Origin: a virus
Length of the DNA: 64,000 nucleotides
Reading direction: 5' to 3' (one strand)
IMG/VR virus record: IMGVR_UViG_3300034073_002585
Coordinates: 32,001 to 96,000 of that record
Below the pieces are notes generated by a model. That model was not told where the DNA came from. It saw nothing but the letters and a program-made list of their open reading frames with translations, and did not search any database. The position numbers and the translations under genes were made by a program. This document shows, one piece after another, positions 1-9,659 of the stretch (positions are counted from its first letter, which is position 1; every line of letters starts with the position of its first letter).

Positions 1-244
1 CAATATGACAAAGAAGACTGGAACTCGCTGCCTGAAGTAGACGAGAAGACTTTAGCTAAATTTTTATACCAGGACATGGTTAGGGTAAATCACTTACTTC
101 ACCCAGAGTACGAAAGCCAAAAGCAGGTAGAGCGAGACAAAAAAGCAATGGCTGCTAAAGAGAATATCTACGCAGTAGCTGCCAAACTTGACTTAGAAGT
201 AGAGGCTCAGCCCTGTGGTATAGAACCAAAACTTGTAGAGAACG

Positions 245-784
245 ATGAAGTACAGGCCTAAATTAATTCCAAAGCCATTTAGTAAAGTGGACATGGATGA
301 CATCTTTAGGCTTGTCAGAAGTGATGAGTACCAGAGAAAATACTTTGATGGTAGACACTCCAGAGATTTAGCTAGATTTAATGAGCTTGAAGTTTATAAC
401 CAAAAGCTAGAAAAGATTGCTAGAGAAGTCTTTAATGACCCTACGCTAAAGGGTACTTACAGCGTATATATTGATTACGATAAAAAAGACTCGAATCTAA
501 CAATGCATAAGGACCAGAACGCTTGCGTCTATACAATTGATTATTGCGTATCGGCTGATTTTGATTGGCCTCTAACTATAGAAGATGAAGATTTTGTCAT
601 CCCTGTGGGACAAGCAATAGCTTTTATGGGTGGAGATGACCTTCATGGGAGAAAGCCTAAAACCAGAGACGGGAGGGTAGAAAACATAATGTTTCACTTT
701 TGCCCTGCGGACCACTGGTACTTCACTGAGGGTCCTGACTACATTAAAGTTTTAGCCGCTGAGGGCAAGCTAGCCGAGTATTAG
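245..784 (+). CDS. 2OG-Fe(II) oxygenase-like protein
   Basis: HKD...H...R double-stranded beta-helix pattern (MHKDQNAC, LHGR); paralogous to 1035..1577. Confidence 0.65.
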   Translation: MKYRPKLIPKPFSKVDMDDIFRLVRSDEYQRKYFDGRHSRDLARFNELEVYNQKLEKIAREVFNDPTLKGTYSVYIDYDKKDSNLTMHKDQNACVYTIDYCVSADFDWPLTIEDEDFVIPVGQAIAFMGGDDLHGRKPKTRDGRVENIMFHFCPADHWYFTEGPDYIKVLAAEGKLAEY

Positions 785-1020
785 TCTTCCCATTCCAGTC
801 CCCTGGTGTGAGCCCTCCAATATGCAGGGGGAAACTTATCCATCATGTCATCTGCCAACTCTAGGTTTTTATAAACTAAAATGTAGTGGACGCACCTATT
901 ATCATCAGCTGGAAAACTATCGTGAGTGTGGCAGATGGGAGCTGAGTTCCAACTTCTAGTTATGTCATATGTAAGCCACTCGTCGAAAGTCATCTCTTCT
1001 TTGACTGGCGTTGGTTGCAT
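781..1020 (-). CDS. hypothetical phage protein
   Basis: Fills the gap between two + strand genes; MTFDEWL...CHTHD pattern looks like a real small protein. Confidence 0.45.
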   Translation of the reverse strand: MQPTPVKEEMTFDEWLTYDITRSWNSAPICHTHDSFPADDNRCVHYILVYKNLELADDMMDKFPPAYWRAHTRGLEWED

Positions 1021-1034
1021 GATAGAATTCTATC

Positions 1035-1577
1035 GTGTTTGAGCCAGTCACCATAGATAATGTTTTCGATAAAGAGGACCTACTGTTCCTCAGACTGATG
1101 CTTGCTGATAAAGATAAGTACTACAGATACTTTTACGACAATAATTGTAAACGCCACATGGGGTATCTAAAAGTTCTAGAAGGCTACTTTGGAAAGAAAC
1201 TAGAACCTCTTGCTAGGAAAATATTCAAAGACGATACTCTACAGACAACCTTTGGGGTTTATTGTAGGTATGACTCCCCAGAATCGTTCTTGCCTGAACA
1301 TAAAGATAAGCATGCCTGTACATACAATATAAGTTATTGTTTATCTCAGGATAAGCCTTGGTATCTAAAGATTGATGGAAAACTATATCAAATAGATGAG
1401 AATGAACTTGTTGCATACTCTGGTACTGATTCCGTTCACGGGAGAGGTCCTATGAGGGAAAGTGAAAACTCTGAAGTAGAGATGTTATTCTTTCATTTTG
1501 CCCCCAAAGATAGCTGGTACTTCGACCATTGCGAGGATTTTAGGTTAGACTATGACTATGTTCCCACTAGTAATTAA
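1035..1577 (+). CDS. 2OG-Fe(II) oxygenase-like protein (leaderless)
   Basis: EHKDKHAC...VHGR...FFHF; TAGAAT -10 box 6 nt before GTG. Confidence 0.65.
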   Translation: MFEPVTIDNVFDKEDLLFLRLMLADKDKYYRYFYDNNCKRHMGYLKVLEGYFGKKLEPLARKIFKDDTLQTTFGVYCRYDSPESFLPEHKDKHACTYNISYCLSQDKPWYLKIDGKLYQIDENELVAYSGTDSVHGRGPMRESENSEVEMLFFHFAPKDSWYFDHCEDFRLDYDYVPTSN

Positions 1578-2232
1578 AAACTTTGTGTCTAAAGAGGATG
1601 CAGAAACTATAATTAAGCATCTTGACCCGAAAACTCAGGAAACTCCGCGAGAGGGTATTGCTGTAGCTTTGGGCTGGAGAAACTCTATTGAGGCAAAAAA
1701 AGCTGGCATTTTTGAGCCAGTATGCGGTGACCTCCCTAAAGATGTTTCAGACATGTTAGACGATGTGTTTAACAGAACTAAAAGTAAATTTGAAGAAGTA
1801 TTTGGGCATGAGGCAGCTTTAACTCAGGCTAACTACCAAAACATGACTATCGGCGGTAAAAATGATTTACACTCTGACACCACTAACTTAGATGGAACTC
1901 CGCTACAACCAGACGGGACTCCTGAAGAGATGGAGTGGTCTGGCCTCATCTACTTAAATGATGCAAAGACAGACTACGAAGGCGGAGCTATAGTCTTCCC
2001 AAAGCAGGGCGTAGAGCTGTACCCAGAGACAGGAGATTTTGTACTATTTCCTGGGGACATAGACCACGTGCATCTTGTCACTACGGTAACTTCTGGTGAG
2101 CGCAAGAATCTAGTGTTTTTCTACGGAAGACCTGAAAACGTTGGCTCAGAGAAAAGTTTTTACAATTGGCAGGACCTCCCTCCAGAAGAGCAAGAAAGAA
2201 TCAGGAGAGAGTCTGGAAATGTCAACAATTAA
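1552..2232 (+). CDS. prolyl-4-hydroxylase-like 2OG-Fe(II) oxygenase
   Basis: HSD, IYLND..YEGG, H.V..VTSGER motifs. Confidence 0.8.
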   Translation: MTMFPLVIKNFVSKEDAETIIKHLDPKTQETPREGIAVALGWRNSIEAKKAGIFEPVCGDLPKDVSDMLDDVFNRTKSKFEEVFGHEAALTQANYQNMTIGGKNDLHSDTTNLDGTPLQPDGTPEEMEWSGLIYLNDAKTDYEGGAIVFPKQGVELYPETGDFVLFPGDIDHVHLVTTVTSGERKNLVFFYGRPENVGSEKSFYNWQDLPPEEQERIRRESGNVNN

Positions 2233-2917
2233 GTTTAGAGATGATGTAACCGTTGAACTTGTCCAATGGATGGGTGATGATGCCAGTGTAGTTAAAGCTG
2301 CACGAGTGTCTACTGGTGGTGGAACTTCTACTCCTGAAAAAGATAATGGGCTAATTAACTATTTAATGCGTGACCGCCACGGCACTCCTTTCGAGCACAA
2401 TGGCTTTACGTTCTACATCGAGGCACCTATCTTTGTTTTTCGTGAGTTCATGCGTCACAGGATTGCCTCATACAATGAGGAAAGTGGGCGCTACAAAAAA
2501 CTGGAGCCAGTATTCTATGTCCCAGATGAGAATCGTGGACTTATTCAGTCTGGCAAGCCAGGAGCCTATGAGTTCTATCAAGGCTCTCATAACCAGTGGC
2601 TAACGGTAAAGCAGGAGACAATCGAAGCTTGCAGGAAGTCATATGAAGCTTATGAGAACATGCTAGACGCGGGTATTGCTAGGGAAGTAGCTCGTGGAGT
2701 TCTCCCAGTAAATCTATACTCATCTATGTTTGTCACGATGAATGCCCGTGCTTTGATGAACTTCTTGAGCCTGAGGACTAAGCGTGATGGTACGCACTTC
2801 CCTAGTTTCCCTCAGCGAGAGATTGAGATGGTTGCGGAGAAGATGGAAGAGCTGTGGGCCAAGAAGATGCCTGTTACCTACGACTTATTCAACCAGCATG
2901 GTAGAGTAGCTCCATAA
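2219..2917 (+). CDS. thyX: flavin-dependent thymidylate synthase
   Basis: RHRIASYNEESGRY ThyX signature, AARVS, HGTPFEH; start moved to ATG 2219 behind AGGAG. Confidence 0.95.
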   Translation: MSTIKFRDDVTVELVQWMGDDASVVKAARVSTGGGTSTPEKDNGLINYLMRDRHGTPFEHNGFTFYIEAPIFVFREFMRHRIASYNEESGRYKKLEPVFYVPDENRGLIQSGKPGAYEFYQGSHNQWLTVKQETIEACRKSYEAYENMLDAGIAREVARGVLPVNLYSSMFVTMNARALMNFLSLRTKRDGTHFPSFPQREIEMVAEKMEELWAKKMPVTYDLFNQHGRVAP

Positions 2918-3207
2918 TGGATAAGAACGACTTTACACCTGAAGACATGGACCTCTTTACTCACAGCATTGCTGCTGTAATTGAGAAGCAAGAGGGAGCC
3001 TATAAAGCTATTAGTGCTTTAGTTGACGCTGCAGGGGAGTCATGGTTTGAGCTTGGTGAAAAGCTTGAGCGAAATAGGACCCTAGAAATACTTGACAGTT
3101 TTGAAGCAAAGCTAGTAGACTCTGAGGAAGATGCAAAAATGACGATTGCAATTCTTAGAAAGTTGATTTCAGATGGCGGGCAAGAAGAAGACGGAGCAGG
3201 AGAGTAA
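2917..3207 (+). CDS. hypothetical protein
   Basis: ORF coupled to thyX by a TAATG overlap. Confidence 0.65.
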   Translation: MDKNDFTPEDMDLFTHSIAAVIEKQEGAYKAISALVDAAGESWFELGEKLERNRTLEILDSFEAKLVDSEEDAKMTIAILRKLISDGGQEEDGAGE

Positions 3208-3553
3208 GTCTCCTAAAATAAAGCGGGTATTCAAGCCCGAACGTTGTACTAGCCACAAGTTTATTGTCGAATCTGATGGCCGCGTTGATATGGCCGCATC
3301 CCATGAAGTTACTGACGATTCAATTTGTTTTAATTGTGGACTTTACTTTTCTACTTGGACATGGTACAGTAACAAAATAAACGCAAGTTTTTGGAAGGGT
3401 GTCGACAATGAAGCTGGTCAGACGATTAATTACATCGCTCAGGACTTGGACTCAAACCTGGATAGACTTGCAAGCGATTGGGGAGCCAATCTACTCGAAA
3501 AGCTCCGAGAGAAAAGGAAGAAAAATGGAAAACGAATTCAACTATTCGACTGA
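3173..3553 (+). CDS. hypothetical protein
   Basis: ORF in a tightly packed operon. Confidence 0.6.
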   Translation: MAGKKKTEQESKSPKIKRVFKPERCTSHKFIVESDGRVDMAASHEVTDDSICFNCGLYFSTWTWYSNKINASFWKGVDNEAGQTINYIAQDLDSNLDRLASDWGANLLEKLREKRKKNGKRIQLFD

Positions 3554-3689
3554 CCAGATGGCTGAGATTTTTGCTCGGCTAGAGGTTGCCAAGCTTCTTA
3601 TGAAGATGGGGTCAGATATGGCTAAGCAGGTCGAGACTGATATTAAGTTTTATCGAATGACCAATAATATGGGAATTGAAGATGAGTAA
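3525..3689 (+). CDS. hypothetical protein
   Basis: ATG 3525 preceded by AAGGAAG; overlaps neighbours. Confidence 0.55.
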   Translation: MENEFNYSTDQMAEIFARLEVAKLLMKMGSDMAKQVETDIKFYRMTNNMGIEDE

Positions 3690-3906
3690 TGGGCCGCTCG
3701 TCACTATCGGTGATGCAGCCAAAATGGGAAACATTCACCGCGAGACTATCCGCAAATACATTGAGGCTGGATACCTAAAGACTTATATGGACGGATTTAT
3801 GGTCTACTACAGAGACGTACTTCGAGCTTCTAGAATTGCTGACCAAAAGCACAAGGCTAGCTCGGGGAAAGCGAGCAAAAACTACGGGAAGAGAAAGGAA
3901 GCCTAG
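3676..3906 (+). CDS. helix-turn-helix (excisionase/MerR-like) DNA-binding protein
   Basis: TIGDAAKMGNIHRETIRKYIEAGYL HTH_17-like pattern. Confidence 0.7.
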   Translation: MKMSNGPLVTIGDAAKMGNIHRETIRKYIEAGYLKTYMDGFMVYYRDVLRASRIADQKHKASSGKASKNYGKRKEA

Positions 3907-4023
3907 TTATGGAAGACTTTATGAGAGACACTTTGGGGTCTGCGTGGGCGTACTACGTTGCGTTTGGCATCTTATTTATTTGGTGGATTGCAGAGAAAAC
4001 TAATAGAAAAAAGTAAGTTAACT

Positions 4024-4563
4024 ATGAGATGGCAAGAAGAGTTAAACGCCAAGCGCCTTAAGACGAAGGGCTGGTATGGGTGCATCGCACCTGATGGCTG
4101 GAAGTGGATTATTGAAGATGCTGACAGGATACTGGCCAAGCTGGACCCTGAGTATGAGATTCACCAGGTCAAGGAAAAATTCGGAACGCTTCGCTATTAC
4201 TACGGAACCGTGGCTGATTGGGAAACTCAGGAGGTAATGGACGCCGTTATTGATAGAGCAGAGATGCTGTCGGCAAAGACATGCGATGTGTGCGGGAATT
4301 CGAGTGCAATGTCTAATTTGGATAGAGGGATTAAGTATGACCCTACTGCTGTACTTAAATCCACTGGTGGATGGTACAAGACTATCTGCGACAGCTGTGA
4401 TACTGAGGGTAGATACGTTAGCGTAGACGCCCTTAATGACAGAGCGCAATACGACGACCTAGAGTTTTATGCTGAGAAAGCAAGGGAGCAAGTTCAGGAG
4501 GGGCAGGATATTCTGGACGTGTTTCTAGCGATTGCAAAGAAAGACATGCTAGATGAAGATTAA
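4024..4563 (+). CDS. hypothetical phage protein (QVKEKFGTLRYY family)
   Basis: GW...QVKEKFG.LR.Y...CxxCG...CxxC pattern typical of a widespread phage family. Confidence 0.7.
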   Translation: MRWQEELNAKRLKTKGWYGCIAPDGWKWIIEDADRILAKLDPEYEIHQVKEKFGTLRYYYGTVADWETQEVMDAVIDRAEMLSAKTCDVCGNSSAMSNLDRGIKYDPTAVLKSTGGWYKTICDSCDTEGRYVSVDALNDRAQYDDLEFYAEKAREQVQEGQDILDVFLAIAKKDMLDED

Positions 4564-4909
4564 GAATGGTGCTGCTCGGAACTCAATGAGCGAGTTTGAA
4601 CGCCAATGTTATGACTGGGGTTGGCGGGATGCCGAAGCTGAGGTAGTTAAGTATCTAAAGGAACGAGCTGAGGACCTTAGGGCATGCCACAAGAATGACA
4701 GTTGTTCAGATATTGCGTACGTTCTTGAGGGATGTATCGAGGATATTCAGGAAAATGTGGATACCGATTTTCAGGAAAACCTGAAAAGTGACCTGCCCGA
4801 TTATCACTGCCCGTCGTGCAGAGATATAAGTTGTATGCACTGTTTTTGCGTAGGACCTACAGCCTGTGAGTCTTGTAAAGAGTTTTCTGAAAAGGAGCTA
4901 GATGAGTGA
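4553..4909 (+). CDS. Cys-rich hypothetical protein
   Basis: ORF with C-terminal CxxC pairs. Confidence 0.6.
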   Translation: MKIKNGAARNSMSEFERQCYDWGWRDAEAEVVKYLKERAEDLRACHKNDSCSDIAYVLEGCIEDIQENVDTDFQENLKSDLPDYHCPSCRDISCMHCFCVGPTACESCKEFSEKELDE

Positions 4910-5081
4910 CGAACTAGAAGAAGGCTACAAGCATCTTGCTAATGACCCTAAATTTGTTAGACCTAATAGAGGTAAGCACCACTGCGGATTTGACTTTGAA
5001 CTTGACAAAATGACTGCAGTATGTAAGTGTGGAGCTATAGCAACAAATCCGTTGTGGATAATCAAAGGAGAGCAGAAGTGA
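4902..5081 (+). CDS. small protein, cassette 1 of the IKGEQK array (59 aa, absent from ORF track)
   Basis: Manual translation MSDELEEG...PLWIIKGEQK*; AAGGAG RBS upstream. Confidence 0.7.
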   Translation: MSDELEEGYKHLANDPKFVRPNRGKHHCGFDFELDKMTAVCKCGAIATNPLWIIKGEQK

Positions 5082-5251
5082 GCAGAGAGGAACACCTAAC
5101 TGAAATGATTCGCCTTGAACAAGAGATTGTTCAGGAAAACGAGAGTCACGAATGGGCTGGCTTTGACTCAGGTTGGACAGACTGCACTTGTGGCGCAACT
5201 GTTGCCGACTTAGAGAAACACATTGAACAAATCAAAGGAGAGCAGAAGTGA
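5078..5251 (+). CDS. small protein, cassette 2 of the IKGEQK array
   Basis: GTG start within the repeat; ends EQIKGEQK*. Confidence 0.7.
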   Translation: MSREEHLTEMIRLEQEIVQENESHEWAGFDSGWTDCTCGATVADLEKHIEQIKGEQK

Positions 5252-5391
5252 AACTTCACTATCACAAGCAACGCTGGCTGAAGTCCCAACGCAAAAAGCA
5301 AATCCTTAGCCTGTTCATTCCAATTGGTGGCGGCATTGGTCTAGTGGTATTAGGGCACGAAATCGCACTAATCAAAGGAGAGCAGAAGTGA
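5248..5391 (+). CDS. small protein, cassette 3 of the IKGEQK array (47 aa, absent from ORF track)
   Basis: Manual translation MKLHYHKQ...IALIKGEQK*. Confidence 0.65.
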   Translation: MKLHYHKQRWLKSQRKKQILSLFIPIGGGIGLVVLGHEIALIKGEQK

Positions 5392-5588
5392 CTGGCTCAG
5401 GAGCGAGGGCAAGGCAAAAGGCTAAGCGTGAAGCATGGCTAAAAAACATGCCATACCCTGGATTCACCTGCAAGGTTTGCAAACATGAGGACATGATGCA
5501 CTTTATGTGGGCAGGTTATTGCATTTTAGAAAACTGTGATTGCAAGAGTATGGATGGCATCGCACTAATCAAAGGAGAGCAGAAGTGA
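5388..5588 (+). CDS. small Cys-rich protein, cassette 4 of the IKGEQK array
   Basis: Ends IALIKGEQK*; CxxC and CxC motifs. Confidence 0.7.
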   Translation: MTGSGARARQKAKREAWLKNMPYPGFTCKVCKHEDMMHFMWAGYCILENCDCKSMDGIALIKGEQK

Positions 5589-5734
5589 ATCCAGAAGACA
5601 TTGCAAAAATGATTGACGCAGTTGCTGCATATGGCGAACTGCTTGGCGGTATGAAAAAGAAGTTTATTGCAGAGGGATTCTCTGAGGAGACGGCAGAAGC
5701 TTTGGTTGTAGAGATTCTAAGGAAGATGAGCTAA
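5585..5734 (+). CDS. small hypothetical protein
   Basis: GTG start inside the last 22-bp repeat. Confidence 0.65.
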   Translation: MNPEDIAKMIDAVAAYGELLGGMKKKFIAEGFSEETAEALVVEILRKMS

Positions 5735-6066
5735 TGAGTTTTGAAAGATTTGCTAGCTCTGACATTTACATCTATGAGCATGTAGGCGGGTTTATCGAGT
5801 GCTGTGGATGCTCGATGGCTTTGCCAGATGATTTGGATATGTTTGGATTTGCCCACCTGAAAACTCCGCGTGAGGCGTTGGCGCACTTGGATTTGCATGA
5901 GGAGCGAGGCGACGACATCGGTGGAGCTAGGCGTAGAATTGAAAAAGAGTACGAAGATTTAGACGCGCCTATTGAACCTTACGTAAGGTCAGAGGAAGAT
6001 GAAGCTAGAATTAGAGCGATAATGAAGGATAGGTGGAATGCCAGAGAAGAAGACTCACACGGTTAA
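5734..6066 (+). CDS. hypothetical protein
   Basis: TAATG-coupled ORF. Confidence 0.65.
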   Translation: MSFERFASSDIYIYEHVGGFIECCGCSMALPDDLDMFGFAHLKTPREALAHLDLHEERGDDIGGARRRIEKEYEDLDAPIEPYVRSEEDEARIRAIMKDRWNAREEDSHG

Positions 6067-6334
6067 AGAGGTAGATAGGCTTACCGCTGAAAGTGTTATT
6101 GAGGGTTTTTGTATTGCATATGATGCGATGGATAAAACTCTTGACCAGATGATGCGTGGCATTAGTGAGACCATGAGCATCTACATGAGGGAAGACCTAA
6201 ACAGGTATAAGGACAAGGTCGATGAGCTACACCTTATGTATACGGTTTTGCAGGCAGTAGCTGAAAAGTATGAGGGAATCCACTACGAGAAGCTTCAGCA
6301 GTTGAAGTCGGACTTGAACATTGATGATAATTAA
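6038..6334 (+). CDS. hypothetical protein
   Basis: ORF in packed operon. Confidence 0.6.
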   Translation: MPEKKTHTVKEVDRLTAESVIEGFCIAYDAMDKTLDQMMRGISETMSIYMREDLNRYKDKVDELHLMYTVLQAVAEKYEGIHYEKLQQLKSDLNIDDN

Positions 6335-6623
6335 GACTGCTACTGGTTCTTGTTATGAAATTGATGAGCGTGGTATCTGCCGCAAGTTCGACAGTGAGGG
6401 CCGTGGAATAGACGCCTTTAAAGCTTTAATGATAAAAGGTGTGCCTAAAGATGTACAAACTTTTGCTGGAGCAATAGAAGCGCCGTTTTGTGAACCAGAA
6501 GTTGGTATGAGATTGTATGCAGCTGGTATTGATGGTTGGTGGTTGAGTACTGAGATTGTAGAGATTCTATCCGAAGAAGCCTGGCCACCACGTCGATTTA
6601 GAGATGCGAGCAACGGCGAATGA
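6321..6623 (+). CDS. hypothetical protein
   Basis: ORF in packed operon. Confidence 0.6.
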   Translation: MMIIKTATGSCYEIDERGICRKFDSEGRGIDAFKALMIKGVPKDVQTFAGAIEAPFCEPEVGMRLYAAGIDGWWLSTEIVEILSEEAWPPRRFRDASNGE

Positions 6624-6749
6624 TGTGGGCCATTTACTCTGGTGAAACTCCCTTTATATTGGGAGAAAATCTGCAAGACTTAACTCGTACTTGTGACGAG
6701 TTAAATAGTAAACTAGACTTTGAATTCACCATAAAAGAATGGATTGTGA

Positions 6750-7211
6750 ATGGCTGATTGGGAACTAGACCCTGAGGATTACATAACTCTTCGTGATGAA
6801 GTCATTGAAGAATATGAAATTGACTGGTCAAATGGCATCAGTAATGATGAGATGACCCAAGAAGACTTTGACCGTCTATCAGAACTCCACGATAAAAAGC
6901 TAGTTTGGACTGAGCATGGGACCTGCGAGGACAACTGGCTAGCTGCTGGATTTACCCAGTATGGAGAATGCGAGCTGCTTGGGCACGAGTCGAGTGGTTG
7001 TGGTTGTTGGCAGTCTTACTCTTACTATGTGGCAAAGAAACCTTGGGTAAATGAAAATGAGCACGTACTTGTAACTGCAACGTTGCCTTGCTCTGTCTGC
7101 AATCCTGACGGAGACGGTGATGGCGTTGAAGGATGTGAAGGTCCAGAGGTGCCTGAGGGTGCAGATAGGTCCGAATGTTCATTCGGCACTATTAATTGGT
7201 ATTTCGACTAG
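6750..7211 (+). CDS. acidic Cys-containing hypothetical protein
   Basis: ORF, 153 aa. Confidence 0.65.
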   Translation: MADWELDPEDYITLRDEVIEEYEIDWSNGISNDEMTQEDFDRLSELHDKKLVWTEHGTCEDNWLAAGFTQYGECELLGHESSGCGCWQSYSYYVAKKPWVNENEHVLVTATLPCSVCNPDGDGDGVEGCEGPEVPEGADRSECSFGTINWYFD

Positions 7212-7227
7212 GATAAACTAAGTACCG

Positions 7228-7503
7228 TTGTTTAGGAGGAACATGAAAATTATAGTTAATAAGTGTAACCACGGGTTCACTTTGTCTGAAGCTCAGAAGG
7301 AGCTGTTCCCAGACGGATATGTTGACAGAACAGACCCTCGCCTAATTGCTTCATTTGAAGCGGGAGATAATCGTGGAGATGGTGGTTCTACCTTAGTTTT
7401 AATGGAAATCCCTGATGAAGCTGATGGCTACCACATTGTAGAGAACGATGGAATAGAAACTCTCTACTGGATGTCTGGGTCTACCTTAACTGAAGTTGGT
7501 TAG
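7228..7503 (+). CDS. hypothetical phage protein
   Basis: GF.LS...RTDPRL pattern; true start probably the ATG after AGGAGG. Confidence 0.6.
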   Translation: MFRRNMKIIVNKCNHGFTLSEAQKELFPDGYVDRTDPRLIASFEAGDNRGDGGSTLVLMEIPDEADGYHIVENDGIETLYWMSGSTLTEVG

Positions 7504-7511
7504 ACTTAGCT

Positions 7512-7781
7512 ATGTCAGTTGAAGCTGTAGGAGAAACTTCCTGGGTAGATGACTACGGTCACATCATTGTAAATGTGCATAAGCGCAATCAGTGTAAGAA
7601 TGACTACTGCACAATTCACAATCAATCTAAACACCACATGGTTGAGTTCCCTCAGCGGTGGCGTCAAGATAAGCATATGATGGAACGAATTTGTCCACAC
7701 GGTGTGGGTCACCCTGACCCAGATGAGATATCATTGGACACGGTCCATGGGTGTGATGGGTGTTGTTCAGATGAGTTATGA
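7512..7781 (+). CDS. Cys/His-rich phage protein
   Basis: CTIHN...MERICPHGVGHPDPD...HGCDGCC. Confidence 0.7.
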   Translation: MSVEAVGETSWVDDYGHIIVNVHKRNQCKNDYCTIHNQSKHHMVEFPQRWRQDKHMMERICPHGVGHPDPDEISLDTVHGCDGCCSDEL

Positions 7782-8028
7782 CGACGGATACGAGACTATA
7801 GAAATATCTGAAGAAGATATGTCTGAGGCTCAGAAGCTTATAGTAGAAGGCTTTATTCGTGAAGGTGAGTTCAAGACTAGAGCTGCTTTAATTAATATGC
7901 TAATCAAAGACATAGATTCTTATCTAGATGAAGTTGACTATGAACCTAATCTAGACTGGGTAAACGGTGTTCGTTATGCCATCCACATAATAAGAGAGGC
8001 CAAGCTTAATGGACTCGCAGGAGACTGA
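7771..8028 (+). CDS. hypothetical protein
   Basis: ATG overlapping the previous gene end. Confidence 0.55.
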   Translation: MSYDDGYETIEISEEDMSEAQKLIVEGFIREGEFKTRAALINMLIKDIDSYLDEVDYEPNLDWVNGVRYAIHIIREAKLNGLAGD

Positions 8029-8491
8029 AAGATTTTTATATAGGTTTGAATATTATGAACCTGAAGATAACCGTACGTATGTAGACTGGATTTGGCTAAC
8101 TCATGAAGAGCTTAAAGACCATAAATCTAGCTACAATGAAGTAAAAATTCGTTTAGCCACAGAAGACGAGTCAGACCTCTATAACGAAGCCTATGCAGAC
8201 GGCTATGGTATAGCTGCAATGATGGAGTTTGAGTCTCAATACGACGGAATTACTTTCAGGGTTGAGTTGGGTAAAGATGGTCAACTCGACATGAATGGTA
8301 AAAAGATGTTTGAGTGCGCCATCTGTGAGAAGCATAAAGACTTTGAAACTGAAGTAGGAACTGCTGCTGGTCTATATTTGGGTGAAGTAAAGAATGACAA
8401 ATTGTGGCATGTGTGCTACGACTGTGCAGAAAACGCCGCTATGTTAAGGGCAATAGAGGATTCCATAGATGACACTGAAGAACCGAGCTAA
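8009..8491 (+). CDS. hypothetical protein with CxxC pairs
   Basis: ORF, 160 aa. Confidence 0.65.
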   Translation: MDSQETERFLYRFEYYEPEDNRTYVDWIWLTHEELKDHKSSYNEVKIRLATEDESDLYNEAYADGYGIAAMMEFESQYDGITFRVELGKDGQLDMNGKKMFECAICEKHKDFETEVGTAAGLYLGEVKNDKLWHVCYDCAENAAMLRAIEDSIDDTEEPS

Positions 8492-8747
8492 AAGAATTGC
8501 TGCTCCATATTTAGCTCAGTACAAGCGTTCGCCAGCCTGGGTTAAGGTCGCGACAGTAACACTGATTACACTTATTCTTTTACCAGACCCTTTTGATTGG
8601 TTTCCAGGAATAGCCTTCCTTGACGAGGTTATGTACGCTACTATACTCTTAAAGCTTCTTCATAAATATGGCGCTTTGCCTCACGAGGAGAAGAAGAGTG
8701 CTAAAGATTTGATTAAGGAGATATTCGAGAAAGATGAAGCTAGATGA
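8469..8747 (+). CDS. DUF1232/YkvA-like membrane protein
   Basis: ILLPDPFDWFPGIAFLDE resembles the DUF1232 P.D.IPD.IP..G.LDD motif. Confidence 0.55.
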   Translation: MTLKNRAKRIAAPYLAQYKRSPAWVKVATVTLITLILLPDPFDWFPGIAFLDEVMYATILLKLLHKYGALPHEEKKSAKDLIKEIFEKDEAR

Positions 8748-9021
8748 TTTTAAGACGATTGCACACAGCTACTACGACTTTGCAGAAGATGTTCTCGTCA
8801 AAAAGCAAAACGACTACGGTCCTACTAATATTAGCCGCAGTCCTGGCGGCCCCCTTAATGGTCTTCGTGTTCGCATACATGATAAGGTATCAAGGATTAA
8901 CCATCTTATCGACTCGGGCGCAACGCCAGAAAACGAAAGCCTAAAGGACTCTTTTCTAGACTTGGCTAACTACAGCATTATTGCGATGATGGTATTGGAT
9001 GGCGAATGGCCAGAAAAGTAA
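8734..9021 (+). CDS. nucleotide modification-associated domain protein (DUF1599-like)
   Basis: KKQNDYG...RIHDKVSRI...DSFLDLANYSII. Confidence 0.8.
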   Translation: MKLDDFKTIAHSYYDFAEDVLVKKQNDYGPTNISRSPGGPLNGLRVRIHDKVSRINHLIDSGATPENESLKDSFLDLANYSIIAMMVLDGEWPEK

Positions 9022-9659
9022 ACGTATCTTACGAAAGCCTTCGCCAAGAGGGACGCGAAGAAGTTCTTGACTGGTTAGTTAAGAATGAGGTAATTGCCTA
9101 CAGTAAACCAGAAAACAGCTACTTTGTTTGGAATAGGCACACCGAGTGGTTACTGATGCTTCCCTGGAAAAAGGATGAATCCAAATAGCACTTAGTAGAC
9201 GTTGGTACGATTGTATAAGTAAAAACGTCGAAAGGCATTTATGGTTATGCATCCCCCTGCATTTGCATCTCAAAAAGAGGAGCAAGACAAGTGGAACGAA
9301 GGCTTTGTAGCTGGAGTTAAGGAAGTCCTACATGAGCTTGAGTCTAAACTTGACCCTAATGACCATGAAGGCCCTACCCGTAAATGGGTAGAAGAAACTT
9401 CTGCCAAACTTTTAAATAAGTACGCCTAGGCCCCTGATGGGGACACCCTTTAAAAATAATGACGTCCCCGAGCTGCTCGGTAAGTTCGTACACTTTGCTT
9501 CACCTAAATTCCCTAGTGACCCTCCATGTGTAAATGGTGAGGTAAAATATATACAAGCATCTAAAGAACCTCACGTAGTTTATTTAGAGCCTTTTGGTCA
9601 GAACTATTTGGTGCGAGTTGATGTACACTGTTACGAAATAGCCGAAAGGATTGCGGAAC

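Larger units (their letters stand above)
5060..5588 (+). repeat. four exact 22-bp direct repeats AATCAAAGGAGAGCAGAAGTGA at gene junctions
   Basis: Copies at 5060-5081, 5230-5251, 5370-5391 and 5567-5588. Confidence 0.95.

Noticed and set aside
5060-5588. CRISPR array interpretation of the 22-bp repeats
   Set aside because: Spacers are 118-175 nt, unequal and fully coding; the repeat is not palindromic; no cas genes are in the window
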